Of a stretch of DNA of 64,000 nucleotides, positions 1-9,189 are shown one piece after another. Positions within the stretch are counted from its first letter, which is position 1. Every line of letters begins with the position of its first letter. Location of the stretch: assembly GCA_014238315.1 (NCBI GenBank), contig JABABG010000062.1, positions 3,568 through 67,567 on the forward strand, read 5' to 3'. Under the pieces are notes generated by a model. It had not been told where the DNA came from, ran no database searches, and saw only the letters and a program-made list of their open reading frames with translations. The translations under genes and the position numbers were made by a program. The stretch comes from Alphaproteobacteria bacterium. GTDB taxonomy: Bacteria; Pseudomonadota; Alphaproteobacteria; JABAAW01.

Positions 1-511
1 GTATTTTTGCATTTATTGGCTATTGATGATTGTCTACAGCATTAAGCTGAAGCATTTGGTTATAGTCGATCTTTTTGTTATTTCACTGGGTTTCTGCCTT
101 CGAGTTTATGCTGGTAGCTCGGCTTTATCGATCACGCCTACGATTTGGATGCTTTCTACTACCTTATGTTTAGCGTTATTTTTAGCCGCCTCGAAACGTC
201 GGCAAGAGAGCCTTATGAACGAGTCTTTATCGCGTAAAGTTTTGCGCAATTATTCCGTATCTTTGATAGAGCGTTATATGACGATTTCTGCGATCTGTGC
301 GCTGATGTTTTATAGTCTATTTGCAGCGGGGTTTCGTGCGCAACTAGGCTTGACTATTCCTTTTGTTTTGTTTGGCTTTTTCCGTTACTTATACCTTCTT
401 GATAATAATATGGATAAGGATTCTCCGACCGATTTTTTATTTTCTGATAGGATATTGCTACTTTGCGTATCTTCTTGGGTAGTCGCTTGTTTGGCTTTAT
501 TGTGGCTGTGA
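1..511 (+). CDS. 5'-truncated membrane protein, UbiA-prenyltransferase-like C-terminal region (frame open to window start)
   Basis: Reading frame is open from base 2 with no stop before the ATG at 23. The 162 aa are hydrophobic and multi-TM with a C-terminal DxxxD-like region (SPTDFLFSDRILL) typical of UbiA-family polyprenyl transferases such as decaprenyl-phosphate phosphoribosyltransferase. Confidence 0.4.
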   Translation, partial: YFCIYWLLMIVYSIKLKHLVIVDLFVISLGFCLRVYAGSSALSITPTIWMLSTTLCLALFLAASKRRQESLMNESLSRKVLRNYSVSLIERYMTISAICALMFYSLFAAGFRAQLGLTIPFVLFGFFRYLYLLDNNMDKDSPTDFLFSDRILLLCVSSWVVACLALLWL

Positions 512-605
512 CCACTGACTTTTATTGATTCTTATTTTTTGGGTCTATATCTATAACTATGCTCTTTTGGATGTTTGATACTTTTTTGCGCGAGGTGCTG
601 TAGCC

Positions 606-1277
606 TTGGCTCATTCGAAGGTGTTTTCTGATTTATCCTCGTTGGGGGATTCGGAGGGCTATGATCTTGATGAGACTGTTTCGCTAGCATTCTCGGAGTT
701 ATCCTCTGGTCGCGCTATCATTGTTTCTGACGATGAGAGTCGAGAGAACGAGGGCGACCTTATTATGGCAGCCGAGCATGCGAGCGAATCGTGGGTTGCT
801 TTTTTCATCCGCCATACGAGCGGCATTTTGACGACCTCGCTTTCTGCCGAGCACGCTAGTTTGCTGAACTTTCCGCCGATGGTATCGGAGAACGAGGCGC
901 CACTAGGCACCGCATTTACCGTTTCGGTTGATCTGCGAGATGGTTTGACGACCGGGATTTCAGCCAAGGAACGCTCTGCTACAATACGCGCGATTGCGTC
1001 CTCTTCCTCTCGCGCGGAGGATTTTGTTCGCCCTGGGCATGTGTTTCCCTTGATTGCGAAGAGTGGCGGAGTTTTAGAGCGTTGCGGTCATACCGAGGCA
1101 GCCTACGACTTGGCGCGACTAGCGAACTTACGCCCTGCGGGTTTGCTTGCCGAGATAGTAAACGATGACGGCACGGTTGCACGCAACTTGCAACTTGCGG
1201 CATTTGCGAGGAAGCATAACCTACACCGTCTCTTGATTAAAACTCTAGTCGAGTGGCGCAACAAGCATGGACTCTAG
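606..1277 (+). CDS. ribB: 3,4-dihydroxy-2-butanone 4-phosphate synthase
   Basis: Motifs RENEGDL and CGHTEA plus overall DHBP synthase architecture; length about 220 aa. Confidence 0.8.
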   Translation: MAHSKVFSDLSSLGDSEGYDLDETVSLAFSELSSGRAIIVSDDESRENEGDLIMAAEHASESWVAFFIRHTSGILTTSLSAEHASLLNFPPMVSENEAPLGTAFTVSVDLRDGLTTGISAKERSATIRAIASSSSRAEDFVRPGHVFPLIAKSGGVLERCGHTEAAYDLARLANLRPAGLLAEIVNDDGTVARNLQLAAFARKHNLHRLLIKTLVEWRNKHGL

Positions 1278-1349
1278 GCTCTAGGCTTTAAACTTTGAGT
1301 TTGGGTTTTGAATTTTGGACTTTTTACCCTCAGTTTTGTTCTCTCTTAC

Positions 1350-2390
1350 CTAGCCCAAACAGTCGCGAAAGGCTTGCGCGATAGACCTTAGCAAACCTGC
1401 ATAGGAATCCACGTCTTTTTGCAAGACCTCGCCACCTTTTGCGCTGAGCGGGTTAATTTCGATAACTTTAGTTTTTTCTACCTGAGTTTTTTCTACCTGA
1501 GTTTTTGCTACCTGCCCCTGATCTGCGACCAACCTATCGCGTACTGCCTGCGGTGCTTGCGCCTGCACAAAGACACAACGGTACTTCCCCTCGCGTAGTT
1601 TTTTCCGCACATCCAAGGAATGACGCATTCCGTCTCTCGTTGCGTTATGTCCAGCCCCGTAGAGATTTTCTTGTCTCTTAATTTTATAACGCTCGACAAA
1701 GTATGAGGTCGCGTCGTGCAACACGAGAAATCTACCTTCTAGACCGCTCATGCTTTCGGCAATTTCTTGGTCGAGTTTTTGCAGGTTGTCAGCGATGCGC
1801 TCGGCATTTTGCAGGTATGTTTTGCGATTTGCCCGATCCAACTCTCCGAGCACCTTGGCGAGATGCAATACGATAACACGGGCGTTCTGCGGGTCTAGCC
1901 ACAAATGGGGATCGATGGCTCCTTCTGTAGCCCTCAGTTCCTCTTCCTCATGCTCGGAATGTTCTTGCTTTTCTCCCTCGTGTTTTTCATGTTCGTGTTC
2001 GCTATGTTGGTTTTTTCCATCGTATTGAATTTTTTTTACGCCTTGCAACCTTGTCAATCGAACGACACGGCGTTTTTCCGTCTGCTTGATATTTTTCTCG
2101 AAGGATGCGAAGGAAGAGCCGACTAGGATTAGCAACTGCGCTTGGTTTAGCAACCTCGCTTGCGATGGCGTCAACCTTGCGCCGTGCGGCATGCTTTTCG
2201 GAGAAAGTAGCAAACGAGGTTTTTGCACGCCTTTTGTCAGCTCTACTAATAGCGCGTGAATTGGCGCGATGCTTGATACGATGGTGAGCTTTTCTGTGCT
2301 GCTTTGCGCGGACGCGCTTTGTGCGAGCGCGGGCACGAACGAATAGGCTATTAGCGAGAAGGCTATTGCGAACATTAAGTGTTTTTTCAT
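1350..2390 (-). CDS. znuA: zinc ABC transporter periplasmic substrate-binding protein with His/Glu-rich loop
   Basis: Signal peptide, cluster-9 substrate-binding protein layout, internal HSEHEHEKHEGEKQEHSEHEEEE metal-binding loop, divergent to znuC-znuB. C-terminal in-frame 15-bp x3 repeat (VEKTQ). Confidence 0.8.
   Translation of the reverse strand: MKKHLMFAIAFSLIAYSFVPALAQSASAQSSTEKLTIVSSIAPIHALLVELTKGVQKPRLLLSPKSMPHGARLTPSQARLLNQAQLLILVGSSFASFEKNIKQTEKRRVVRLTRLQGVKKIQYDGKNQHSEHEHEKHEGEKQEHSEHEEEELRATEGAIDPHLWLDPQNARVIVLHLAKVLGELDRANRKTYLQNAERIADNLQKLDQEIAESMSGLEGRFLVLHDATSYFVERYKIKRQENLYGAGHNATRDGMRHSLDVRKKLREGKYRCVFVQAQAPQAVRDRLVADQGQVAKTQVEKTQVEKTKVIEINPLSAKGGEVLQKDVDSYAGLLRSIAQAFRDCLG
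1470..1514. repeat. 15-bp tandem repeat x3 (agttttttctacctg) inside znuA 3' end
   Basis: Direct reading of sequence; encodes in-frame QVEKT repeats at the ZnuA C-terminus. Confidence 0.8.
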
Positions 2391-2495
2391 TTTTCTATCT
2401 CGGCTTTTTGTCGTTATTGACTAGAATAGTTATACGAGGGTACGCTTTTACAATAATATTGTGAAGATAACTAACTATAATACCCCTCCCCTTAG

Positions 2496-3233
2496 CCGAG
2501 AGTTGCCTACATTTCCCGCTCCCCCTCCCACAGCGAAATTTTACTTAGTGCGGATAATTTTTCCCTCGCACGCGGTGGCAAGACTATTTTAGAGGATGTT
2601 TCTCTATGTCTACGCCGCCAAGAGATAGTCACCCTATTAGGTCCGAACGGCGGAGGCAAAACGACTTTGCTACAGGGGTTGCTCGGTCTTCATTGGGATA
2701 GTCGCGCGAGCATTTATCGAATGCGCGGTCTTCGTATAGGCTATGTTCCGCAAAAACTTAATCCGAACTCTCTGCTACCCTTGAGCTTGCGCCGCTTTGC
2801 TATGCTCTGCGGTTCGACCTCGCGCGAACTAGTCGAAAAACGCTTAGAGGAACTAGGCATAGCGGAGCTATCGAACCGCCCTCTTTACACGCTCTCTGGT
2901 GGCGAGTTGCAAAAGGCGATGCTAGCGCGAGCAACCTCGAAACAGGCGGACTGCCTCATTCTAGACGAGCCTCTTTCTGGCGTTGACGAGTCTGGTCAGC
3001 AAAAGATATACGCGTGGTTAAAACGTTATAGCCGTACGCATAGCTGCTCGATTTTGATTGCGTCTCACGACTTGCATTTAGTTATGGGAGCGACCGACCG
3101 CGTAGTCTGCCTTGATCGACGCATTCGCTGCGAGGGCAAGGCGCACGCTGTTGTTCGCACGACTGCTTTTGCGAATTTATTCGGCAAGACTCGCTACGCT
3201 CTTTACGCGCACGACCATAGCGGCTCGAACTAG
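2496..3233 (+). CDS. znuC: zinc ABC transporter ATP-binding protein; conserved N-terminus has no canonical start codon
   Basis: Walker A GPNGGGKTT, signature LSGGELQ, Walker B LILDEP. The ORF track starts at the TTG at 2667, which is inside the Walker A region. The frame is open back to the stop at 2493-2495 with no ATG/GTG/TTG; the only start-like codon is the ATT at 2538. Confidence 0.75.
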   Translation, partial: PRVAYISRSPSHSEILLSADNFSLARGGKTILEDVSLCLRRQEIVTLLGPNGGGKTTLLQGLLGLHWDSRASIYRMRGLRIGYVPQKLNPNSLLPLSLRRFAMLCGSTSRELVEKRLEELGIAELSNRPLYTLSGGELQKAMLARATSKQADCLILDEPLSGVDESGQQKIYAWLKRYSRTHSCSILIASHDLHLVMGATDRVVCLDRRIRCEGKAHAVVRTTAFANLFGKTRYALYAHDHSGSN

Positions 3234-3238
3234 TTTAG

Positions 3239-4039
3239 ATGTTTATAGACGCATTTTTGTTGAACTCGCTATTTGCGGCACTGATGCTTGCCTGCATTTC
3301 TGGTCCTTTAGGCTGCGTTACGGTCTGGAAGGGGATGGCGCGCTTTGGCGAGACTTTTGCGCACGTTGCGCTTTTTGGAGCGGTTATTGCGACACTCGGA
3401 GGCATTTTGCCTGGCTACGGAATGATATTTGTAGCGTTGCTTCTTGCGCTATTTTTACCTTTTTTGACGACTAGGACTAGGCTTTCGACAGATAGCCTCT
3501 TAGGCATCCTCGCACCTAGTAGCGTTGCGCTAGCACTGATTCTTGTCCAGCAGACGAGCATTTCGATAGACTTCGAGGCTTTGCTTTTTGGCGAGCTACT
3601 TGCGACGACGAACGAGGACTTACTGCTTATTGCCATCGGCATAGTTTTGATAGGCGTATTGCTATTCTATTTATGGTCTGCGGTTATTTTGGATGTTTTG
3701 AGCCGCGACCTTGCGCTCAGCGAGGGATTACCTGCGCGGCTCTACGATGTTCTGATGACGGCGGGACTAGGTCTTTTCATCGCATTGGGAGTAAAGATTG
3801 CGGGTTTGCTGCTGATCAATGCTTTTTTAGTGGTTCCCGCGAGCTGTTTAGTTATTTTGTCGCGCCACACTCGCCTTGCGCAGAGCCCTGAGCGTATGGC
3901 GATAGGAGCTGTTTTATTGAACTGCGCTTGTGTGTTTTTGGGTCTTTTTCTCGCGTTATTGATAGACTTGCCTGCTGGTGCAAGCATTTGCGTTGTTCTT
4001 TTTCTCGCCTTCTGCACTATTTCTGCTTTTTTCCGTTAG
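3239..4039 (+). CDS. znuB: zinc ABC transporter permease
   Basis: Multi-TM ABC-3 family permease immediately downstream of znuC. Confidence 0.8.
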   Translation: MFIDAFLLNSLFAALMLACISGPLGCVTVWKGMARFGETFAHVALFGAVIATLGGILPGYGMIFVALLLALFLPFLTTRTRLSTDSLLGILAPSSVALALILVQQTSISIDFEALLFGELLATTNEDLLLIAIGIVLIGVLLFYLWSAVILDVLSRDLALSEGLPARLYDVLMTAGLGLFIALGVKIAGLLLINAFLVVPASCLVILSRHTRLAQSPERMAIGAVLLNCACVFLGLFLALLIDLPAGASICVVLFLAFCTISAFFR

Positions 4040-4483
4040 TCTTTGCTTAGGTTTCCCATTAATTTTATTATTTTTTTACGAATTCCTAGCCGCATTGCTT
4101 GTTAGCGGATTTTTAGCTAGACTGCAGCCTTTAGTTATAGGTATTGGCAACTTAGGAGCGATAGATGCTATCTGCGCAAGCGAGAGAAATCCGGACAGCA
4201 AGGGGAATCTTGACAGGAGAAGCGGGATGGAGAAGCAGGATGGGGAGGCGGGATGAGGAAAATAGGGTAATGGAAAATAGGGCTGGGGAAAGCGTAATAG
4301 GTGAGAGTATCGGGCGGGTTGCAAGATTTTCTGTAGCAAGATTTTATGCAAATAGCCTAACTACTAAACTAGATAGCAAACTGCATAGCGAACGTCTTTA
4401 TGGTCGCCTTGCTTTATTTTCATTCAGGAATTTTTACTTATCTATTAGCTATTTTATTTTTGCCTGCGCACTAGGAACTAGTT

Positions 4484-5281
4484 TTGAGCTCGCTTGACCT
4501 TTCCTCCGCCTGCACTTCTCGTTTTGAGGTAAGGCTCGCCTCCAGCGATAAGGACATTTTAGAGGCACAAAAACTGCGCTACCGCGTTTTCTACGAGGAG
4601 CTAAACGCGCAACCTTCGGCGCAATCTGCACACTATAAGCGCGAGGTAGATTCCTACGACTGGCAAGCAGAGCATCTTTTGATCATCGACAAGTCAAGCA
4701 AAACATTAGTCGCCTGCTATCGCCTTATGCGTCGGGAGAATCTGCATTCTGGTACGCGTTTTTACAGCGAGGGCGAATTTGACCTCGCTAATTTTTTATC
4801 GCATCCGCTTGCGAGTAGCTGCGTTGAGCTATCGCGCGCTTGCGTTGAGAAGTGCTTCCGCGCCTCATTAATTCCTAATATCTTTCTGCGCGCGATCGGT
4901 CGTTATATCGAGCACCATAAGATAGGTTTGTTATTTGGCTGTGGCTCTCTGCCTGGCACTGACCCTAAATTTTTAGCGATGCCGCTTTCGTGGATGTACC
5001 ACCACCACCTTGCGCCAGAGCCGTTGCGCGTCAGCCCTCTACCGCACCTTTTTGAGCGCATGGATCTGGTTCCGAAGAACGAGTTAGACTACAAGCAAGC
5101 GGTTTCTGCCATGCCTCCCTTGATCAAGGGTTACTTACGCATGGGTTGCTTTGTTGGTGATGGGGCTGTTATCGACCAACAGTTTCAAACGACGGACACC
5201 TTCATCGCCTTTACGAATGACAGCTCGTTGGACGAACATCGCTACTTCCAACGTTATGCGAACAATGGAGACACGGGCTAG
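4484..5281 (+). CDS. olsB: GNAT-like acyltransferase, ornithine-lipid N-acyltransferase OlsB-like
   Basis: About 265 aa hemolysin-like GNAT protein immediately upstream of a PlsC-family acyltransferase. This is the pairing seen in the alphaproteobacterial olsB-olsA arrangement. Confidence 0.55.
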   Translation: MSSLDLSSACTSRFEVRLASSDKDILEAQKLRYRVFYEELNAQPSAQSAHYKREVDSYDWQAEHLLIIDKSSKTLVACYRLMRRENLHSGTRFYSEGEFDLANFLSHPLASSCVELSRACVEKCFRASLIPNIFLRAIGRYIEHHKIGLLFGCGSLPGTDPKFLAMPLSWMYHHHLAPEPLRVSPLPHLFERMDLVPKNELDYKQAVSAMPPLIKGYLRMGCFVGDGAVIDQQFQTTDTFIAFTNDSSLDEHRYFQRYANNGDTG

Positions 5282-5383
5282 CAAAACCGCTAAATTTTGT
5301 GAGACACCTTCACTACAAGTCTTTGCTAGAATTTCGCGGTTGCTGGATCACTGTAGGGGGAGTTTTTAGCCAGCTTTTGGACA

Positions 5384-6313
5384 ATGGTTTTCAATAAAAA
5401 AAAAGTTTGCAATAAAAAAGACAACACTAAGTGTAACCATAGGGACGACCTCCCCAAGCATCTACAAAAGGATAGAGATTCGCTATCTTTGCTCTATCGG
5501 CGCGCGCGTTTCCGCGTTTCTTGGTTTATGGTGGGTTATAAGCTACTCGTTGCGGCACTTTTCTTCCTACTGAATTGCCTAGCTTATTTTCCATTTTGGC
5601 TTTTGCGGATTGAGTTTCCTTTGAGGCTTAAGAGTTTTTTCCATAGTAGTTTATTACGGATTTGTGGAATTACCTATCGAGTGCATGGCTCTCCCCTAAA
5701 GCGAGGTAGCGTTTTATATGTCTGCAACCATGCTTCTTATTTGGACATTTCTGCTTTGATGTCGCTTGCGGCACCTCGTTTTCTTGCCCGCGAGGATATT
5801 TTGCGCCTTCCGCTTGCGGGATGGCTGATGCGAGGCTATGGCACGATAGGCATCAAACGCATTCGCGAACAGGCGTCCGAGCAGGTAAGTATGCTGCGTA
5901 GCTTATTTTCGCATAACGAGCCGCTACTAGTCTTTGCGGAGGGAACGACTGGCGATGGGCGCGAGGTTCTACCTATGAAGTCGAGCCTTTTCGCAGCCTT
6001 TGACAAGCCATCCAGAGATATTGAGACGGGGAGTATTGATGAGGATATTTATGTGCAACCGATCAGCCTTCGCTACAGCTTGCTCGATGGAGTGCCTATG
6101 GGAACTTGTTGGGAGCCTTTCTGTGCGTGGTATGGCAATATGTATTTTATCCCGCACGCGCTTGAGTTGCTTTCGCTACACCGCATCACGATGGATGTAT
6201 ATATCCACCCTGCTCGCAAGGCTTCGCAAATTGCGAGCGACCGCAAGGGCATCGCACGTTTTTGCGAGAAGACCGTGCGCGATGGACTTTCGCTATTGCG
6301 CTATAAAAACTGA
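5384..6313 (+). CDS. olsA: lysophospholipid/1-acyl-glycerol-3-phosphate-type acyltransferase (PlsC family), OlsA-like
   Basis: H(X)4D motif CNHASYLD and downstream FAEGTT motif; N-terminal TM segment. The true start is probably downstream of the first ATG. Confidence 0.6.
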   Translation: MVFNKKKVCNKKDNTKCNHRDDLPKHLQKDRDSLSLLYRRARFRVSWFMVGYKLLVAALFFLLNCLAYFPFWLLRIEFPLRLKSFFHSSLLRICGITYRVHGSPLKRGSVLYVCNHASYLDISALMSLAAPRFLAREDILRLPLAGWLMRGYGTIGIKRIREQASEQVSMLRSLFSHNEPLLVFAEGTTGDGREVLPMKSSLFAAFDKPSRDIETGSIDEDIYVQPISLRYSLLDGVPMGTCWEPFCAWYGNMYFIPHALELLSLHRITMDVYIHPARKASQIASDRKGIARFCEKTVRDGLSLLRYKN

Positions 6314-6446
6314 AGAACACCAAGCGAGGCGTGAGTAACGAAGGCGTGAATAACTATGGGTGAGTAGCGTGGCGAAAACAATGCGGTTGTTACAGCCTAC
6401 CCAGAGCCTATGTCTATTAATCCACCTACGGCGTGGCGATTTTTAC

Positions 6447-7019
6447 CTATCTCCCATCACCCATCAGCCAAGGCGGTTTTTTTGCGAGCACGCGCTCATA
6501 GATTGGGCATTTCTTTATATGCGCACCTTGCAGATGCCCTATAGCCATCAGGAACTCTCCGACTATCTCGAAACCAACAAATTTAAAGTTTTGTCGGAAC
6601 AACCCGACCCACTCTTCTCTACTTCTGGCTCTAGTATTTTTACCTTTTTGCTCTAGCAACCTATGCTTTTCGAGCCAGGCTGCAAAAGAGCCGTAGGACT
6701 TTTTTATTTCGCATATTTTTTGTGCGTTGAAGATAGCCGCTCTTATTTTCAGTCGATTCCGTATGATAGCGCTATCTTGCAGCAGGCGAGCCACATCCTG
6801 CTCTTTGAAATTTGCTACTTTTTGGCAAGAGAAATTTTCGTATGCATTACGCAGAGCCTCTCGTTTTTTCATCACTGTGAGCCACGACAGACCGGCTTGG
6901 TTAATCTCTAACATTAGACATTCGAACAGTTTGTTGTCTTGTTGGACGGGGAACCCGTGCTCTTCGTCGTGGTGCGCTTGCAAAATGGGATGCGCGCTTG
7001 CAGCCGAGCAATAACTCAT
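6447..7019 (-). CDS. tag: DNA-3-methyladenine glycosylase I
   Basis: Tag-family conserved layout with a Cys/His Zn-binding C-terminus; 190 aa. Confidence 0.8.
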   Translation of the reverse strand: MSYCSAASAHPILQAHHDEEHGFPVQQDNKLFECLMLEINQAGLSWLTVMKKREALRNAYENFSCQKVANFKEQDVARLLQDSAIIRNRLKIRAAIFNAQKICEIKKSYGSFAAWLEKHRLLEQKGKNTRARSREEWVGLFRQNFKFVGFEIVGEFLMAIGHLQGAHIKKCPIYERVLAKKPPWLMGDGR

Positions 7020-7025
7020 AGTTCT

Positions 7026-7301
7026 TTATAGCTTGTATATTGCGAGCTGTAGGAGGGTTGTGATGATCGTGGCAGCGAAAGTTACGATTACAAATTTTCG
7101 GTAGAGGAAGGTTTTTTGGGGTGCGGCGGAAGACAAGGCTCTATTCTTGGCGATGCTATTGGCGATATTTTTGTCTGCTTTGCTATCGATTGTTCCCTGC
7201 CCTCGTGCTTCGTCTTCGACGCCAAAAGGCAAGGCTACAAACCATGCGATCCACCATACCATGGCGTATCCGAAAACCCACTCGAAGATTATTTTAGCCA
7301 T
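7026..7301 (-). CDS. DUF1467 small membrane protein
   Basis: About 90 aa with WW-containing N-terminal TM helix and a LPFGV motif, typical of alphaproteobacterial DUF1467. Confidence 0.5.
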   Translation of the reverse strand: MAKIIFEWVFGYAMVWWIAWFVALPFGVEDEARGQGTIDSKADKNIANSIAKNRALSSAAPQKTFLYRKFVIVTFAATIITTLLQLAIYKL

Positions 7302-7773
7302 CGAGTTTTCGAGTTTTTACGCCTTTTGTCACAGAGGATTCGAACTCGACTAGCGTTCCGTTTAGAGCTTTTGGATGTAGGAAGAAGATAGGATTTCCGT
7401 GCGCTCCTATTGCGGTATTTTTATTTGCGAACTGGACTTGTTGCTCTACTAGGCGCGAATGTAGGCTATCAAGGTTTTGCGCTTCGAGGCAGATATGGTG
7501 TATTGCGCCGCGCGGATTTTTTTCGAGGAACGACACGAGGGGAGAATTTTCACCCAACGGCTCTAGCAACTCGATTCGAGTATTTTCTAGGTCGAAGAAG
7601 ACTACACACACGCCGTGCTCAGGCATGCTTTGTTGCTTTGAGGGAGTTATGTTTAGGACGCTTTGCCACCGCTCGATGGCTTGTTTCAGTACGGGGACGG
7701 CGATTGCGATATGCCCTAATCTAAAATTATGTTGAGGGTTATCTGGCGAAGATTCAGGCATTTCCGCCTCCAA
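7294..7773 (-). CDS. mce: methylmalonyl-CoA epimerase / VOC (glyoxalase) family protein
   Basis: LGHIAIAV ... IHHICLE ... FLHPK motifs of the VOC fold and MCE-like length. Confidence 0.65.
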   Translation of the reverse strand: MEAEMPESSPDNPQHNFRLGHIAIAVPVLKQAIERWQSVLNITPSKQQSMPEHGVCVVFFDLENTRIELLEPLGENSPLVSFLEKNPRGAIHHICLEAQNLDSLHSRLVEQQVQFANKNTAIGAHGNPIFFLHPKALNGTLVEFESSVTKGVKTRKLDG

Positions 7774-7947
7774 ATTATTTTAATTTTCTCTTTCTAGCTA
7801 GAGCGTTGCGGGTAGCTAAAATCCATGCTATACGCGCGAAGATGCAAAGTTAAGCGCAAAGTTTTATTATAAGGATTGACTTTGTGGTGCGAACTTCTGC
7901 CAGCTGTTTCTGCATAGACTTTATATGTAGAGATTTTTTACGACCAG

Positions 7948-8547
7948 ATGAGGCTAAATATGAATAACCCCCCGCGTTCTGCCTTTGCGATTTTTGTGCT
8001 ATCTGTTGTGTTTTTTGCTGTATTTGCTAGCTTTTTGCTTTCGTCCACGGCTTCTGCACACCATGTTTTTGGCTTTGAGGTGTCGCCAACCTTTGAGATA
8101 CTGCATAGTTTTCTCGAACCTTTCTTTTTTGCCTGTAGCGGAGCCAGCTTAGCGTGGTTTTTACGCAATAGAACTAGGGATAATGCTAACAAGAGGAACT
8201 TCCAACAAAGCAAGCGCGCAAACTCTAAAATAATCTCTGCGCCTTTTGTAGCCTTTTTCGCCTCAACGCTCTTTGCCTTGCTGTTGGCAATAGCCTCACT
8301 GCTAGAGGTTGCGGAGGCTGTAGGAACTGCAGTGGGGGGAGCTATAGTAGGAGGAACTGGAGCGGAAAACGCGTTATTTTTACTATACGATGTTGCGGCT
8401 TTTGCGGTTATTTTTACGCTATTTTCGCGGCTATTGGGTTTGCGTCTACCCTTGCGTCTACCCTTGCGTCTACCCTTGCGTCTACCCTTGCGTCTACCCT
8501 TGCCCCTATCTACGCCCCTATCCACACTCTTTCGCAAAAAGCGTTAG
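7948..8547 (+). CDS. hypothetical membrane protein with C-terminal LRLP x5 repeat (opposite-strand alternative 7938..8537 encodes a basic GRRK-repeat protein)
   Basis: Two fully overlapping 199-aa ORFs on opposite strands. The plus-strand reading has TM helices and the ttt/gcg/ttg-rich codon style of neighbouring genes. The minus-strand reading is very basic. They cannot be resolved from sequence alone. Confidence 0.3.
   Translation: MRLNMNNPPRSAFAIFVLSVVFFAVFASFLLSSTASAHHVFGFEVSPTFEILHSFLEPFFFACSGASLAWFLRNRTRDNANKRNFQQSKRANSKIISAPFVAFFASTLFALLLAIASLLEVAEAVGTAVGGAIVGGTGAENALFLLYDVAAFAVIFTLFSRLLGLRLPLRLPLRLPLRLPLRLPLPLSTPLSTLFRKKR
8440..8499. repeat. 12-bp tandem repeat x5 (ttgcgtctaccc)
   Basis: Direct reading; in-frame in both overlapping ORFs (LRLP / GRRK). 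Confidence 0.85.
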
Positions 8548-8631
8548 AACAGTTACATAAACACTCCCCTCCCCCGACAAACCACATAACCAGATACTTT
8601 AGAGGGGCTACTTCAAAGCTACTATAAGCCG

Positions 8632-9156
8632 ATGGATTTATCGAAGATTAGCTCAGGACAAAACCCACCCGAAGACCTCAATGTTATCATTGAGGTTCCC
8701 ATGCGGTCCTCGTCGGTTAAGTATGAGATGGATAAGGAATCTGGGGCTTTGTATGTTGATCGCTTTTTATCGACAGCGATGTTTTACCCTGCGAACTATG
8801 GGTTTATCCCGCACACGCTGTCTGGCGATGGCGATCCGTGCGATGCTTTAGTTTTGGGTCAGCTTTCGGTTATCAGCGGTTGTGTTTTGCGCTCGCGCCC
8901 GATCGGAGTATTGCGCATGGAGGACGAAAGCGGTGAGGACGAGAAGATACTCTGCGTCCCGCACGACAAACTACAAGGCTACTATAAGGATTGTAAGAGC
9001 TACGAACAGCTACCGACTAGCGTGCTAGAGCGGATAGTACATTTTTTTGAGAGCTACAAGGATTTAGAGCAAGGCAAATGGGTTAAGGTTAGCGGTTGGG
9101 AATCGGTTGCCAGCGCACATAAACTAATTGACGAAGCGCTGGCGCGCGCGAAGTAG
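8632..9156 (+). CDS. ppa: inorganic pyrophosphatase
   Basis: Family I PPase motifs (DGDPxD, EDEKIL region); 174 aa. Confidence 0.9.
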   Translation: MDLSKISSGQNPPEDLNVIIEVPMRSSSVKYEMDKESGALYVDRFLSTAMFYPANYGFIPHTLSGDGDPCDALVLGQLSVISGCVLRSRPIGVLRMEDESGEDEKILCVPHDKLQGYYKDCKSYEQLPTSVLERIVHFFESYKDLEQGKWVKVSGWESVASAHKLIDEALARAK

Positions 9157-9189
9157 CAGCTAGCGAGGGCTTCGGTTGCGGAAGTTTAG

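Noticed and set aside
1920-2010. His/Glu-rich codon repeats in znuA as another slipped-strand VNTR
   Set aside because: This is the native flexible metal-binding loop found in ZnuA proteins generally. It is not a perfect DNA-level tandem repeat.
7321-7345. ggattcgaactc T-arm-like motif suggesting a tRNA
   Set aside because: It lies inside the 3' end of the mce coding frame, and no acceptor or anticodon stems can be built around it.
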